A stretch of DNA of 64,000 nt, taken from a virus (lineage: Duplodnaviria > Caudoviricetes). Below the pieces are notes generated by a model, which searched no databases, was not told the origin of the DNA, and saw nothing but the letters and a program-made list of their open reading frames with translations. Positions 39,850 to 53,698 of the stretch are shown here, piece after piece. The stretch covers positions 32,001 to 96,000 of IMG/VR virus record IMGVR_UViG_3300021400_000138; one strand, given 5' to 3'. How positions within the stretch are numbered: position 1 is the first letter of the stretch; every line of letters begins with the position of its first letter. A program made the position numbers and the translations under genes.

Positions 39850-42459
39850 GGGGATAGTATGGCAGTTGTTGTAAAAGATCTTAAAATGCCAAAATGTTGT
39901 AATGAATGTCAGATGTGTTATGAATATGTCAAAGAACATTGTTGGAAGAATGGCGATTGGTTTTCACGAAGTGGATTTGATCCAGAAAAGAGCAGATTAC
40001 CTGAGTGTCAGTTAATGGCAGCTAAAGTTGTAAATGCTTGACGAACGTCAAGTAATAAGGAGAAAAAATGAATTATATAGTTAATCCATTATGGTTTTAT
40101 TTGATAAGTGTTGCGGAAGGTATTGATATAGCGGCTTTTGTTGTATGTACAATAACTTTGATTGCATTGTGCGTCTTTTCATTAATTCTTTGTTTTTACT
40201 ATGATGAAATAGATGATTCCGATAAAAAGACGATTGAATCTATATTTAAGAAATCTATCATTCTATTAATAACATCATCGATAATTGCCATAATAGTTCC
40301 TGGGCGAGAAGATATGGAAAAAATGTTGATTGCTTCTTATGCTACCGAGGAAAATGTTTCCGCAGCAACTAACTATGGTAAGGATTTGGTTGATTATATC
40401 TTTGATAAGGTTAATGGCGTTAATAAAGAGGAGAAGAAATGAGCTTATTGATCAAAGGCGAATCAATGCCAGATAGTTGTTCTGTTTGTCCTCTTATGCA
40501 TGATAACGGTTGTTGTATAACTGGTTATCAATGGATATCTCGAACTTATATTGATATAAATTTTGATTCAACTAAAAAGAGATTGAAAGATTGCCCATTG
40601 GTTGAAATAAAATCACATGGGGATCTAATTGACAGGGATGTTCTCAAACAGGATTTGAGCGATTTTTACACAGATATCGTGACAGCGAGACGATTAAAGT
40701 AAGCAGAACAGTTGAGTGGTAATAGATAATGAAAGAAGTAAAGGTATATCAATGTGAAACATGCGGAACGAAATATAACGACAGAGGAACAGCTGAGTGG
40801 TGTGAAAGATCACACAACGACAAGCATTTATTAGAGATGACTTACTTATACTTGTTATTAGCTCAACAGCTAGGAATAAAATTTCAGGAGGCACAACATG
40901 AACTTTTATGAGGTATGAGAATGCCAAAATTCGGAATATTAAATGATCCATTTTCAGAAAGGGAATATAATCGACCCATTTGTAGTAAATGTATGTTTTA
41001 TGATTTTAATGAGATGTCTGATGAAGCATATTGTGCCGCCAAAGATTATGAACCGATTCAGTTATATCGAAAACATCGTCCTAACTGGTGTCCAAGATTG
41101 GAAAATATATATGGATATTATTTATGATGAAGATTATCTCGTTTGCGAACCATGTTTAAGCTGCGAAAAATCATATACAGAAGATATATGGTGGGAAACA
41201 TTCTGCGATGAAAAAGAGTGCATTCATAAGAAAGAATACGAAAATCAGATGAAAAAGCTGCCAGAAGAAAGGATATGACATTTTGAAAGATCGAATAAAT
41301 TTAATTCTTGACGCAAAAGAAGTAGATATTGTTATTGATGCGCTTGATTGTTATGTATATATGGCCTCTAGTCTTTCAGAAGTTAATAAATACATAGAAA
41401 TTAATACAGTTAGAAATCATATCTATGAGAAATGCCAGAAGGAATTTGATGAGGAATTATCTGTATGAATGATGGTTATATTATCTGTGAATACAAAGGT
41501 GATTTAGTTCGTGTTCAATTTGATAATGAAATGAGCGGTTGGTATCCAAAATATGATTCTGCCAAAGTTATTAAAAAGAATTGTCAACCATTGAATGATT
41601 ATGGGCTGCTTTGCGAAAGAGATTGGGAATTTTCTTATAAACTTGTTAAAGATTCATGGGATGGATTTCAGCCAGTTGATGATATTGATTTGGATAAAGT
41701 GGATGCTATAGATATTGTAATTGATATTCTCCTACAATTTAGACATGGAATAATGGATGGTTACGGATGCAAAAAAAACAAATTATGATTGGTGAATTAA
41801 AAATTCCTAGATCTCGTTGTGATGAAACGGCGAAAGATTTATTAATAAAAATAAGTGAAAGTTATTATATGGGTAGAACTAATACGGATGATGAGTATAT
41901 TTACTTTGAAATATATGATAAAGATGAATTTAGTAAATATAGTAGCCCTGTAAATGTAGATTGTTTAAAGGATGATTTTTATAAATGAAGTTTATCTTAA
42001 ATGGTTGTGACATTAGCTTTATTGCTGAAGCGCCAGATGATATAACCTTAAAGCAATTAATAAAACAATGTGATAAGATCAAACCAGATTGGTGTGCTTG
42101 CGGAATATGTTCTCTAGAATATGAAAATTATCCAGAAGATACTGAAGTCGAAATCATTTTTGGATATGATTCAGTTAGAAAAGCCAATGAAGATGTTAGT
42201 TGTAGGATTACAGAAAGCAGTAAATGGATTGAAGAATAAATATGAGGTATAAGATGGTTAAAGTATTTACGACAAATAGCAACGGGAAAATAGAATTTAC
42301 TAAAGAAGAACTTGAAAATCTGCTTAATGAAGTTTGGCAAGATGGATATCAATCAAATAAATCTTATTGGTGGACATCACCTACGATTACTACACCGCAT
42401 CTTCCAACGAATATTATATATAGTAATGAAAATTAAAAGAATAAAATGAGGGATTAGAA

Positions 42460-42966
42460 ATGATAATTATCGGATACCAAGGAATCGGGAAGTCTACTTT
42501 GGCAAGATCAGAGAATGGATATATAGATCTGGAAAGTGGATGCTTTTGGAATGATGGTAAACGCCCAGATGATTGGTATATCTATTATTGCCAGATAGCA
42601 GAGCATTTATCTAGGCAAGGTTATGTTGTTTTTGTATCTTCTCATCAGACCGTCAGAGATTTTCTTAGAGAATCGGCAGAGATTGTGATTACTATTTATC
42701 CTTCAATTCTTCTTGCCGATAAGTGGAAGAACAAATTAAAGAAAAGATATGAATCTACAAGAACCGAAAAGGATTATAAAGCCTGGATGAACGCGGAAAA
42801 TTATTATCATGTAAATATCTCGCATTTAATGATGTGTGGAATTCTTCATTTAGAGATTGAGAATATTAATTATGATTTGGATAAAATGATACGTGCCGTG
42901 ATTAAGAAAAATCCAAAAGTGTTTCCGGACGATTCATACAGCAAATTAATGTGGGTAGAAGAATAA
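42460..42966 (+). CDS. P-loop kinase-like protein
   Basis: GYQGIGKST. Confidence 0.7.
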   Translation: MIIIGYQGIGKSTLARSENGYIDLESGCFWNDGKRPDDWYIYYCQIAEHLSRQGYVVFVSSHQTVRDFLRESAEIVITIYPSILLADKWKNKLKKRYESTRTEKDYKAWMNAENYYHVNISHLMMCGILHLEIENINYDLDKMIRAVIKKNPKVFPDDSYSKLMWVEE

Positions 42967-42977
42967 AGGATTAATTT

Positions 42978-43376
42978 ATGAGAACAATTTTGTTATATAT
43001 AATGATTTTTCTTCATATAGTAGATGACTATTATCTTCAAGGAATACTTGCCAGTATGAAGCAGAAATCCTGGTGGGAGAAGAATGCGCCAGACCAACTA
43101 TATAAAAACGATTACAAGGTTGCGTTGATTGAACATGCATTTAGTTGGACCTTTATGGTCATGTTGCCAATAACTGTGCTGATGGTGGCTAACAATAATA
43201 TATTGATAATTCCATGGAGTATAGCATTTGTTGTTAACTGGATTATCCATGGATGGGTGGATCATTTAAAAGCTAATGTTAAAAATTGTAGTCTTGTAGT
43301 TGATCAAATAATTCATGCATGCCAGATTTTTGCAACATGGTGTGTAATGACAGAGTTAATGGGGGTTGTCGGATGA
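42978..43376 (+). CDS. DUF3307 membrane protein
   Basis: HIVDDYYLQ, HGWVD and DQIIH. Confidence 0.75.
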   Translation: MRTILLYIMIFLHIVDDYYLQGILASMKQKSWWEKNAPDQLYKNDYKVALIEHAFSWTFMVMLPITVLMVANNNILIIPWSIAFVVNWIIHGWVDHLKANVKNCSLVVDQIIHACQIFATWCVMTELMGVVG

Positions 43377-44902
43377 GTGTCTTGATTAAAGGTATAAAGA
43401 TGCCAGAGAGTTGTCTGGATTGCCCCATATACGACAGTTATTATTATCATTGCAATCTGTATGGTTACGGCATTCCAGCAAGACATGACTATGATCCATC
43501 AAAAATACCAGAATGGTGCGAACTCGAAGAATTCCCAGAACATCATGGTAGATTGATTGATGCGGATGTTCTAGCTGCGGAATCACTTGCGGATGGTGCT
43601 TATGGATATGTGGACACAAAAGAGATTTACGATGCACCTACGATTGTTGAAGCGGAATGAAGGGTGGCAACGATGATTAAATTAGATCTTGAAATGCCTA
43701 AGGATACCTTTGAATGCCCGTTTTTAGAGGAAGATACGGATAGTGTTCTTTGGTGCTATTTTGCACCGCAAGTTGAGAAAAGATGTATTGGATTATTTAA
43801 GGGTGAATGTCCAATAATAAGAGAAGAAAATTCAGAATGAAAGGGTTATTTGATGGAAGATAGTATGCCTTATTTTTTGGCTTGTTTTTATATGACATAT
43901 ACGGAAGAACATGATAGATTATTATCCAATATAAGATCTGAACATGATCCCACAGAAGCCATTGTAGATTATGGGTGTAGAAAGTATTCTGATAGATATG
44001 CAATAAACTGTAGAAAGTATTTATACAACTTATATCCGCAATTTAAAAAAGCATGGAATGAAGAGATACGTAAGCATAACAATTATTCTGCGCAACATTG
44101 GATAGACGAATATGAAAGATTAACCAATGATGGCTGGAATATTAAAGGATATCGCAATCACGATTTATTTGCTGTTTTTGATAACGAGGGGCTTATTTGA
44201 TGAGATTCAGTCTTGTATATAAAAAGAATAATAAATTCAAAGAGTTATATTCAATTATGAAAAACAATATTGAAGAAGCTTCAAAAACATTTAATAGTAA
44301 TTTACCCAAAGATAACAAGGACTATTATATAAGAGTTATCAGACCAAAAGCTGAATATTATGATTTAAGCGGGAAACCTATTAATATAGAAGTTGGATGA
44401 GGGTTATTTGATGTGCAAGTTTTGCGATAATTTATCGGAAAGAAAAGAACGAGAAAATTTGTATGGATATTTTGACCCGGAACTTGGTAGATGGATACAG
44501 GAATATACTGTTGCATTAGTGATCCATAGTTGGTATCAAAAACGTGGCAAGAAGTCTGCATTTAGGACGGTTGACTTCAGAAACAAAGGTTTAGGATATA
44601 AATTGAATTATTGTCCAGAGTGCGGGAAAGAATTATAAAGTGGGGCTATTTGATGAACTATAAAGAATTTGCGAAAACATTATTCGATTCTGAAGACCAA
44701 ATGTTTCCAAATGGTACAGACGCACAGACTTGTTTAAATATTTTGGCGGAGCATTTCTTGGGAAAAGATTTGGTGTTAAATTATCCAGGTCATATAACTC
44801 AATGGAATTCTGAAGTTACTCACGAAATTTTGAGAAAATATCCATCTGGAAAAATTAGAAGGATACATAAATAAAACGATTTTTTTACTGAGGGGTATAT
44901 AA

Positions 44903-45168
44903 ATGCCAAAATATTTTAGTATTTTACGCAATATTGATACAAAAATCTTAGATGAACAAATTGCTGATTGGTTTGATGAACATAAATACGATCCGATAAT
45001 ATTGATGTCACCAGATACATTGAAAGAAATACCAACACTTGAGGACTTGGGAATTCATATTACGAAAAGTACGTATAATAAAATTGCACAGGCAGAGTTG
45101 GCACATACGAGGGAACAAAAGTATTTAGCGATCCAAGCATGAAATATGGTGAAGTTGAATTGAGATAA
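44903..45168 (+). pseudogene. Frameshifted paralogue of 37904..38146
   Basis: A -1 shift near 45082 restores ...KVFSDPSMKYGEVELR*. Confidence 0.65.
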
Positions 45169-47533
45169 AATAAGTTTTTATGGTGAGGCATATGAAAGTA
45201 TATATAGTGACTTCTGGTATATATTCGGATTATATGATACGAAAGATTTTTCTAGATAAAGACAAAGCTGAGGAATATAAAGAATGGATTCCAAACAGTA
45301 ATGATATTGAAGAATATGATACTTCAGATGAAAATATTATAGATAAGTTATATAAAATCAGAATTGATCTAAGATGGTATCCGAATAAAGAAGAAAAACT
45401 TTTTGCAAGTGCATGTAAAGATTGTGAATCGGATTATAATTACAATCATTACTCCAATTACAGTGATATATGGGAAGAATTGGTTGTTGTAAGAACAGTA
45501 AACGGGGAAAATTTTAACGAAGAGTTTTGGAAAGATAAATTAACAAAGTATATATATGATTTAAAAGCCTATGTTAAATATCTTAAAACAGAAGGCTGCA
45601 ATGAGAAACAAATAAGAGATGCAATAGAATTAAAATGAGTTTTTGATTAGGATTATATTATGAGTAAATCTTTAGATTTTTGTAAAAGTAGAGCATCTAA
45701 CCCGGAAATTTCAAGCTATGCCGACCGCAATTGGGATAATGCGGTTGAACAGAATATAACTAATTGTTTAGATTTTATTATAAAAGGTGTAAGAAATTAT
45801 AAACTTACATGGTATTTAGATGATGGTACAGTAGCGTTCTATAATGTCAATTTAGAAATAAATCCGAATGCTGACTTTGATTATTTTACATCTGATTCTT
45901 TTATATGTGATGGCACGTTAATATTTCTTGCTGAGTCAATTGATAAGATGCTACGAAAAATTCTTAGTCTTGGAACATATAATAAAAATTTGGGTGAGCC
46001 TCCTAATGGTTGCACTGTAAATTATGTTATTGGCAATGCTGTTATTCTTTCGGAATATGATGGCGATTGGATACCAAATGGCAAACAATGGATGCGAGAA
46101 AGAAATACCGTACTTATACCGCTAAAGGTTTGGTATGAATAAAAAGATTATTTGAATGAGGTATCTGTATGGAATTGTTATTAAATGGTTATCTAACTAA
46201 AGACTATGATGGTCATCCAGCTTTAACAGAAAAACCAACATCATCTAAATACTGGGCAAAATCAATTCCCAGAGAAATACAGTATAAATTTGGAAAAACA
46301 TTTTATGACGATAAATGCCTTGGAAAAGACATTAGTTATATTCCAGATTGCTGTATGAGTATCTGGTATACAGATGGAGAATGTACTTTTGATGAAGCCC
46401 AGGAAGCTTTATGTAATTATTTGGACGGTTATATGACGGTTGAGGTAGCATATCAGGGTTATTCTGAATGGACAATTACTGGATTTGATTTAGAAGAATT
46501 CAGAATCGGCGGACATAACTTGGAGAAAGAACTTGAAGATCATATGGGCGAGTATTGTTGGATAAGAATAACGAGGTAAGAATTTATGAGAGTAACAATA
46601 TCAAATGAATTTACACCTTCTCCGCAAGATATGATTGAAGAATTCTGGGAGAGCACCGCTGAAAGACAGGCGGAAATATTGTATTCATTAGCATTGATTT
46701 GTAAATATGATTTATATTCATTCTGTATGCAAATGTCTTATGTGTCAAATGAATTGGATGAATTGGATAAAGATGCCAGAGAAGATATTCTGTTTTGTTT
46801 GAAAGAAATGGTCAATCAAATTGAAAGATAATGCAGAGTGATATGGATAAAGAATATATTATTAATGTAATAACAGCAAAGATCAATAAATTTATATTAG
46901 AGATAAGCGAGAATTCTAAACATCATGCTGATTTTATTCAAGACAATACCAATATGGTTGTATTTGGTGCTGAAACAGCTTTAGATATTATGAAGGAAAC
47001 AATACTGGATTTATTTGATGATGTTTAGAATTGGAATAGATGAGGTTAAAATATATGACATACGAAGAAAAGCGTGAACTTCGATTACAGATTAGTCAAC
47101 TACTTGCAGACGCTGGAATCAATCAAGAATATCTTAAAGAACTTGCACGAGAAGAACTTGAAAAGAAAAGTGAACGTGCAATTAAACAGGTGGTTGAAAA
47201 TAGAGTGAAAGAAATCTTGCCAACTATGTTAAAACGAGAAATCCAATCTAGTTTATATTCTGCTGTAAAAGGTGAAATCCAAAATAGGATCATCCAAGTT
47301 GTATTAAAGGATTGCGAAAATGGATAAGGAATTATTAATATGTCCAGTATGTGGAAAAGAGAATAAATACGATTATTATTCAGAAATTGAATGGGGCGTA
47401 GTCGAGCAGCATTATTATTGTCCACGATGTACATATTTTGTTGATCAAGTATATAGCCCAATTATCAAAGGCATTAGTACAGATTGTCCAGAGGAATATA
47501 TTGAAAAAGCCAAAGAGTTAAAATTGGATTTTT

Positions 47534-47739
47534 ATAAGCCAGAGGAGATACCATAAATATCATGATTGACTTCGGATTTGGGACAGCATTTAGAAATAAT
47601 TTAACTGATAAAGAAGAAGCTGCTCTGGATCATCTATTAAATATGATGACTGCTATAAAACAACAAATTCTTTTAAGAAGAGCGATGAAAGAAGAGTCAA
47701 ATATTTATAGGAAAAAAGATAAGCCAGAGGAAATACCAT
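47534..47739 (+). repeat. 21-nt direct repeat flanking a small ORF
   Basis: ataagccagaggaRataccat at 47534-47554 and 47719-47739. Confidence 0.8.
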
Positions 47740-48654
47740 GAAATATGATTTTCGAAGAATATTTAATCCAACAGAAGAAGAACAGGAAGAAGATCGACGG
47801 AAATATAAAGAATTGCATTATGAACTGGCGGAGAAAAAAGGTTGTTCAACTTGCAAACATTGTATTCACGTTAGAACTTATCCAGATTATGTAACAGGCG
47901 AAGAATGTGAATGCTCTGCTGGTTTGGAATGCGATACCGTTTTATTTTCGGTAACCAATTGTCCAGAATGGATAGATGATTTTGAGGAGTTATCATGATA
48001 CTTAAAGACATTAGTAGTGAATGTCAACGCTGCGTTAACTTGAAAGCATGGAATATCCGTATGAATGGCGAACATGATTATTGTTGTAAACGCAGACCTA
48101 CAAAATTTATTGATAAGTATTTGCATCAAGAACCTTGTGAGGAGTTTATAAATATAGATTGTATTGATTGTATTAACCATGGCGGTGATTGGGAATGCGA
48201 TTATGTCCACTGCCATAAAGGAGAAAGTCATGAGTGAATATATCGACAAATCCAATGCGATAGATATTCTGGATGATCTTTGGAATAGGGATAGGAATAA
48301 TAGTAGAGCTTTCTATTTACGATTACGAAAAGCCATATATGATTTACCAACTGAAGAAATAATCCATTGCAAAGATTGTAAATACTATTGCAACGTTTTA
48401 TATCAGGGTACTCAGTTTGAATATGGCGAATGTGACGCAGTCGATGAGTTTTATATTGAGAATAAAAAACCACATGATTTTTGTAGTATGGCGAAGTTGA
48501 AAGAATGAAGATGGGATATTATGCTAAAGAACCTTTTGATGAATTAATAAAGACTTTTAAGGACTCCGGTCAATATGATTTTCTTGAAAAACTTACCGAG
48601 GATGAACTTTGGAAAATATTTTTATTAATTACATTTTTAAATCTCTATGGGTCT

Positions 48655-48718
48655 TATTCCCCGCAACTTGCTGCAGACAAACTAAGCGAAGCTCGGGCTG
48701 ATACCCCGCAGCAAGCTG
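48655..48718. repeat. GC-rich inverted-repeat insertion (possible IS200/IS605-end or MITE remnant)
   Basis: ccccgcaacttgctgc...ccccgcagcaagctg inside an AT-rich ORF. Confidence 0.45.
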
Positions 48719-49357
48719 ATGACATGAATTTACAGGAAAAAGATTTACATCAAGTTAATAACAAAGATGTTCTATTAATTAATATCAAAACATCAATTAA
48801 TGACTTCATTACAGAATTACAAGAAAATGCAAAATATCATGCTGATTTTATAAAAGACAATGTAAACCTGGTTGTGTTTGGAGCTGAAGAAGCTTTGAGA
48901 ATTGTAGAAGAAACAATAGAAAAATATGAAGATATGTAACGCTACTGGCAACGGTATTTGTATTAATTGCAATCGAATTCCGCCAAAAATCAATGGATAT
49001 TCGTATGGAAATATCTGTAGAATTGATGTCGAAGATATATTAGCTGCTTTGGAATGTGGTAATCTTGTTTGTTATAACTCAGATAACGGTAGATTTTATG
49101 AAAAGATAATGTATGAACATCCGAGAGATTTTATAGATGATGAATGGGAGTGTATTGGATGAATGATGATGAATTCAGAATCTGTGATCGAGTGTTTTTT
49201 TCTGGAAAATATGGTCTTGGTTATTTTGGAAACATAGAAAAGATTGATCACGATGGACAAAAATTGTTAGTACGAACTGATGATATGAGACTATATGAAA
49301 TATCTATGGATAAAGTTACACTCTTAAAACATAGATAACCAATAAAAGAAGTGTTTT

Positions 49358-49528
49358 ATCTGCGGTAGACAAGCATTAAAAGTCGATAAGAAAATGAAGC
49401 TCCGGGAAAGGGACACAGGCGTAGCTATGGCTCCGTCGATTGGAGAGACACCTTTGAGACAATAACCTCAGAATCTTCGTTGCAACCCGTAAGGAGATGC
49501 GTGTGATTGAAACTGCACACCCGCAGAT
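49358..49528 (+). ncRNA. Unassigned structured RNA, about 170 nt
   Basis: Closing helix ATCTGCGG/CCGCAGAT enclosing several hairpins; GC-rich intergenic gap. Confidence 0.55.
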
Positions 49529-52500
49529 TTGGAGATTAGTAAATGAATAAAAATTGGAATGCATGTAATAGGAGAGATTAGTAATGGCTGAATATATTAA
49601 CAGTGGTGTTAAAGCGGTTGGTATTGGTGACAATGTGGGAATTGATATTCCAAAGCCAATTGCATCAATAAATTTTGATGCACTTCATGCTGGAACGTAT
49701 GTAGTGGATGTTAAACAAGATGGATCATATTTGGCTACTTTTGTTGGAACGATGTATGAAAGTGAATTAAGGAGCAAGATTATGACAGGATTAGAAGAAC
49801 TTAAGGATGTATATGAAATAATTAAAAATGGGTATGGTTATCTTTGCAAAAGTATATCTTTACCATACGAGGATAACGAATATACAAAATTTGTATTTGA
49901 ATATCAAGGATTTCCAATAAAGCATTCATTTTCATATTTGCTATATGAGAGTCCATACGGAGAAAATGATGACGTTGAATTCTTTGATAGCGAGAATAAG
50001 GTAATATTTACTGTGGCACAATTGTTCGCCATTGCGTATCTTGTTAGAACTATTCAGAAAAACAGAGACGATAAAAATACGATTAATGGGTTTATTGAAT
50101 ATCTTAAGAAGGATATCAGGTGATTTATGAAAATTAAAAGCGGCAAAGAGAAAGAATATGAGATTTGTGTGGAAAACAATAGTAAGGACGGATATTCTAA
50201 AGCAGTCATAGACTATTTGGAACGATGGGCAAATTTAATGGAAAAAAGAATTGCTGATGGTGATAAAATCTGTGACATTGCAAAACAAACATCTCACGAA
50301 GCCGATACAGAAGGAATTACTGGTTTTATGTACGGTTGTGCAGTAAATATATTATCGCAATTATGGGAATATGGGGAAGATCTTCGTAAATGGCATAATA
50401 AAGAATATGGGTATGAAGGAGAGAGGGTTGTTAATCCGGCAGTGTTAACAGTTGGATGATGAATTTTATACGAAATTCAACTGTGAAATTTACTTGAAAG
50501 GGGAAACATATGTGGGATCCAGAAAAAGATGCTTGTGATTATTGCTTTGAATGTGAATATTTTTTAGATGATTATTGGAACTGTCAGGGTGGCATAGAAC
50601 CTTGTTGGGAATTTGTTCCAAAGAAAGATTCTAAATATAAAAAAGTTGAAATAGAAATAACTAATGAAACAAGTCTTTGATAAACGATTATGAAGAAAAT
50701 TTTGATAACTAAGAATGGGAATATCCCAGTTGGAGTCTATAACGTTGAAGCAGTTGATGAACATTGGAGTTGGGGATATCACTGGTTTGATTTTCAGCTA
50801 AGTGATGGGAGTAAATCAGTGTATTATCCAATACCAATGTACCATTATTATATTGTTGCTGATAGAAATTAGATTCAATGAGAAGAACAATATGGATATT
50901 ATAGAAGAGTTGTATAGTATTATTATTAATGGAATTATTCATAGATTTCCATTAGAGACGTTTACTAATAAACGCGGAACATTTGAATTGATAGAATTAA
51001 TGGTAGAAGAAATATGCGACAAACATATAGACAATTTTTATAAGTCATATTTTGATAAGTTTGTCGATGTTAAGGACTTTGGAAATTAGATTTGATTGGA
51101 GAAGTAATTATGAATAACAAATTACCGCAACCGATAGATCCTACCGTATGGTTTAAACCGAAAACACAAGATGATATTCTGATTGAAGGCATCACAAGTG
51201 GAATTAAAGCTGCCGGGGTTCGTGGAGAAGATGTAACAGTGCTGTTAATCGAAGCATTAAAGAGCATGGGTAGAAAAGATTTAGTTCCACCATGTTGTCA
51301 GTAGGAGGGAATGAAATGACAAGACAAGAAGCAATTAGAAGAATCAAGGATCATATAGATATCCACCGCATGTATGAACCAAAAGGAACTAAAATTTCAG
51401 AAGCTTTAGAAATGGCAGTAAAATCTCTTGAGAAGCCAGTTTTATTCGTATACAAAAAGCCAGGAGTAATGGTAGGTCACAATTTTACAGATGATGTAGC
51501 AATAACATATGCGACAACCAAAGAGGAGGCTATAAAAAAGTTTAAAGAATTTTATAGTGATGTAAATAATGAAAACGTATCTGAGCCATATTTTAATTAT
51601 GCTAGAGTTGCAATACTTACTGATTACTAATGATGACTGAATTTTGATGGGAGAAAATATGAACTATAACGAGAACGGTATTTGTAAATTTACAATAGAA
51701 CGAGAAGATAGTCATGGTTCACAGCAAAAACACCCGCTGCAATTGGTGGCGAGAATAGATGTTGATGACCTAGTAAAGCTATTCGATGAAGCCTCGACAA
51801 ATTTTGATGGTGAGAACCCCATTTGTAAAGTAAAAGATCCAATTAAATTTACGGAGTTTGTTATCAGAAGGTTGTGGGATGATGCACCATATGAAGCCGA
51901 TGACGTTGTTTGGGCGCAGCCGTTGACTTATATCTTTGAACAATTGCTGGAAGATTATAAGCCAGAGTTTCTTGAGTATTTTGATGAAGTATAAAACAGT
52001 GGTTAATATGGACAATATAAAATACGTTACAAAAGAAGAAGTTGATGAAGAAAAATATAGTTATGCAGTATGCGAATGCACAGTTTTTGGTCCAGACTAT
52101 GGTATACAAGTACCGAGGAAAAAGTATAATGATTTTGTTGAATTTAAATGTCCAAGATGTGGCAGAAAACTCGGACTATTTGTAAGAGGTACCGATTTGA
52201 ATTGTGATTATTTTAATGTATGTTAAAATTGAGGTTTTATCGGGAAAATGAAAATTAAAGATATTACTGTGAAAAAGGTAGAAAAAGTAGAATGGCATAC
52301 TGAAACCCCAATAAATACAGGAGTTTTGGACGCATATTTGGATGCTGATATGGATGTTAAGCGAGAAATCGTTATAGTTCCCCAAATTGCACCCAATTAA
52401 TGGTCTGGATTGCATGGATAAACTTCGTGATTGGTGTAAAATTGAAAGGAGTCTTTGAGGAGGAAAAATATGTATAAAGAGATGCCACCAGATGCTATGC

Positions 52501-53698
52501 AACCACATGACACTTGGGTTATTGCATTTTGTCCAGATACAGATTCGTTCTTTGTCACCAATCAAAGAGCATTCTACTGGGAATCCGAAGAAGAATTTGA
52601 ATCAGAAGAAGCTGGAATATATTTTTTTGAGCATCAGATTCAATACTTCATTGATGTAGAAGAAAAATTAATGAGCGACATGTTTATTAATGCTTGGAGT
52701 ACTGATCGTGTTTTTCTGGAGAACACAAATAGACAATATTTTAAAAACTAAGTTTTATGGGAGAGGTTACATATTAATGAACACACTATATAATATAACT
52801 TCAACTAATATTGGAATTTTTTATAAAGATCAAAAGTGGAAGGACGATCTATTTAAAGAATTGGTACGTGAAGCGCATGAATGCAAAACTCTGTATAGCT
52901 ATAGTGTAACCGAAAATAAAATTCGGTTTTGTGATACATATATTAATATCAATATTATTTTCGTGGGAGCAAACGAACATTCACGAGGACATAGATTTGA
53001 TAGGATCTATTATCAGAATGACATTGATCAAAACACTTTCTCAATGGTGATACGTCCATTGTTTATGCCGAAAATATTTCCGTTATAATTAGATGAAAAA
53101 TTCATAGATAAAATAAGTATTTCATCCAAAAAGGAGTAAAAATGGATAAATTTGAAAAAATAGCTCAAATTAGGTGTTTTGACCAAAATGCAACAAAAGA
53201 CGTTGTGAAAACTCTTGAAAAATCTGGGTTTTATATATGCTTTGAAGATAATTATGGTCCAGATGGGAATGACTTTATTTTAATGAAAAAAGTAACCCAA
53301 TAAAAATTTACTTTTATTGAGAAACGGGAGAATTCTATGACCTACGAAGAAAAATATATGACTTTTGAAAAAGGTGAAAAAAATTAAATGGCAACTAAGA
53401 AAAACTTTTTTAGTGAAATAACTCCGGCACATCCGGTATTTCCGAAGGATGAAAATGAACGCCGGGATTGGGAATTGTGGAGCGCGGTATCAACTGCAAT
53501 CCATATGTGCGGTTATAGCGGCGAAGACGTAGCAGCGATGTCTTTTGAAGTAATGAAGGAAATTGGAAGACAAGATTTGCTTCCACCGTGTGATAGATGA
53601 GGTATCTAATTTATGATGTTATCTATTAATGAAATTGAAAGATCAAAATGGATTGTTGATAATGAAGGAAGAGATTATATAGAGCAAAGGTTTTAAAG

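Larger units (their letters stand above)
37608..53316. repeat. Dispersed TRAAA-N6-TTT[TGC]A motif at gene boundaries (12 strict copies)
   Basis: Starts at 37608, 43838, 44872, 45631, 46140, 49343, 50665, 52224, 52443, 52742, 53109 and 53301. Confidence 0.65.
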
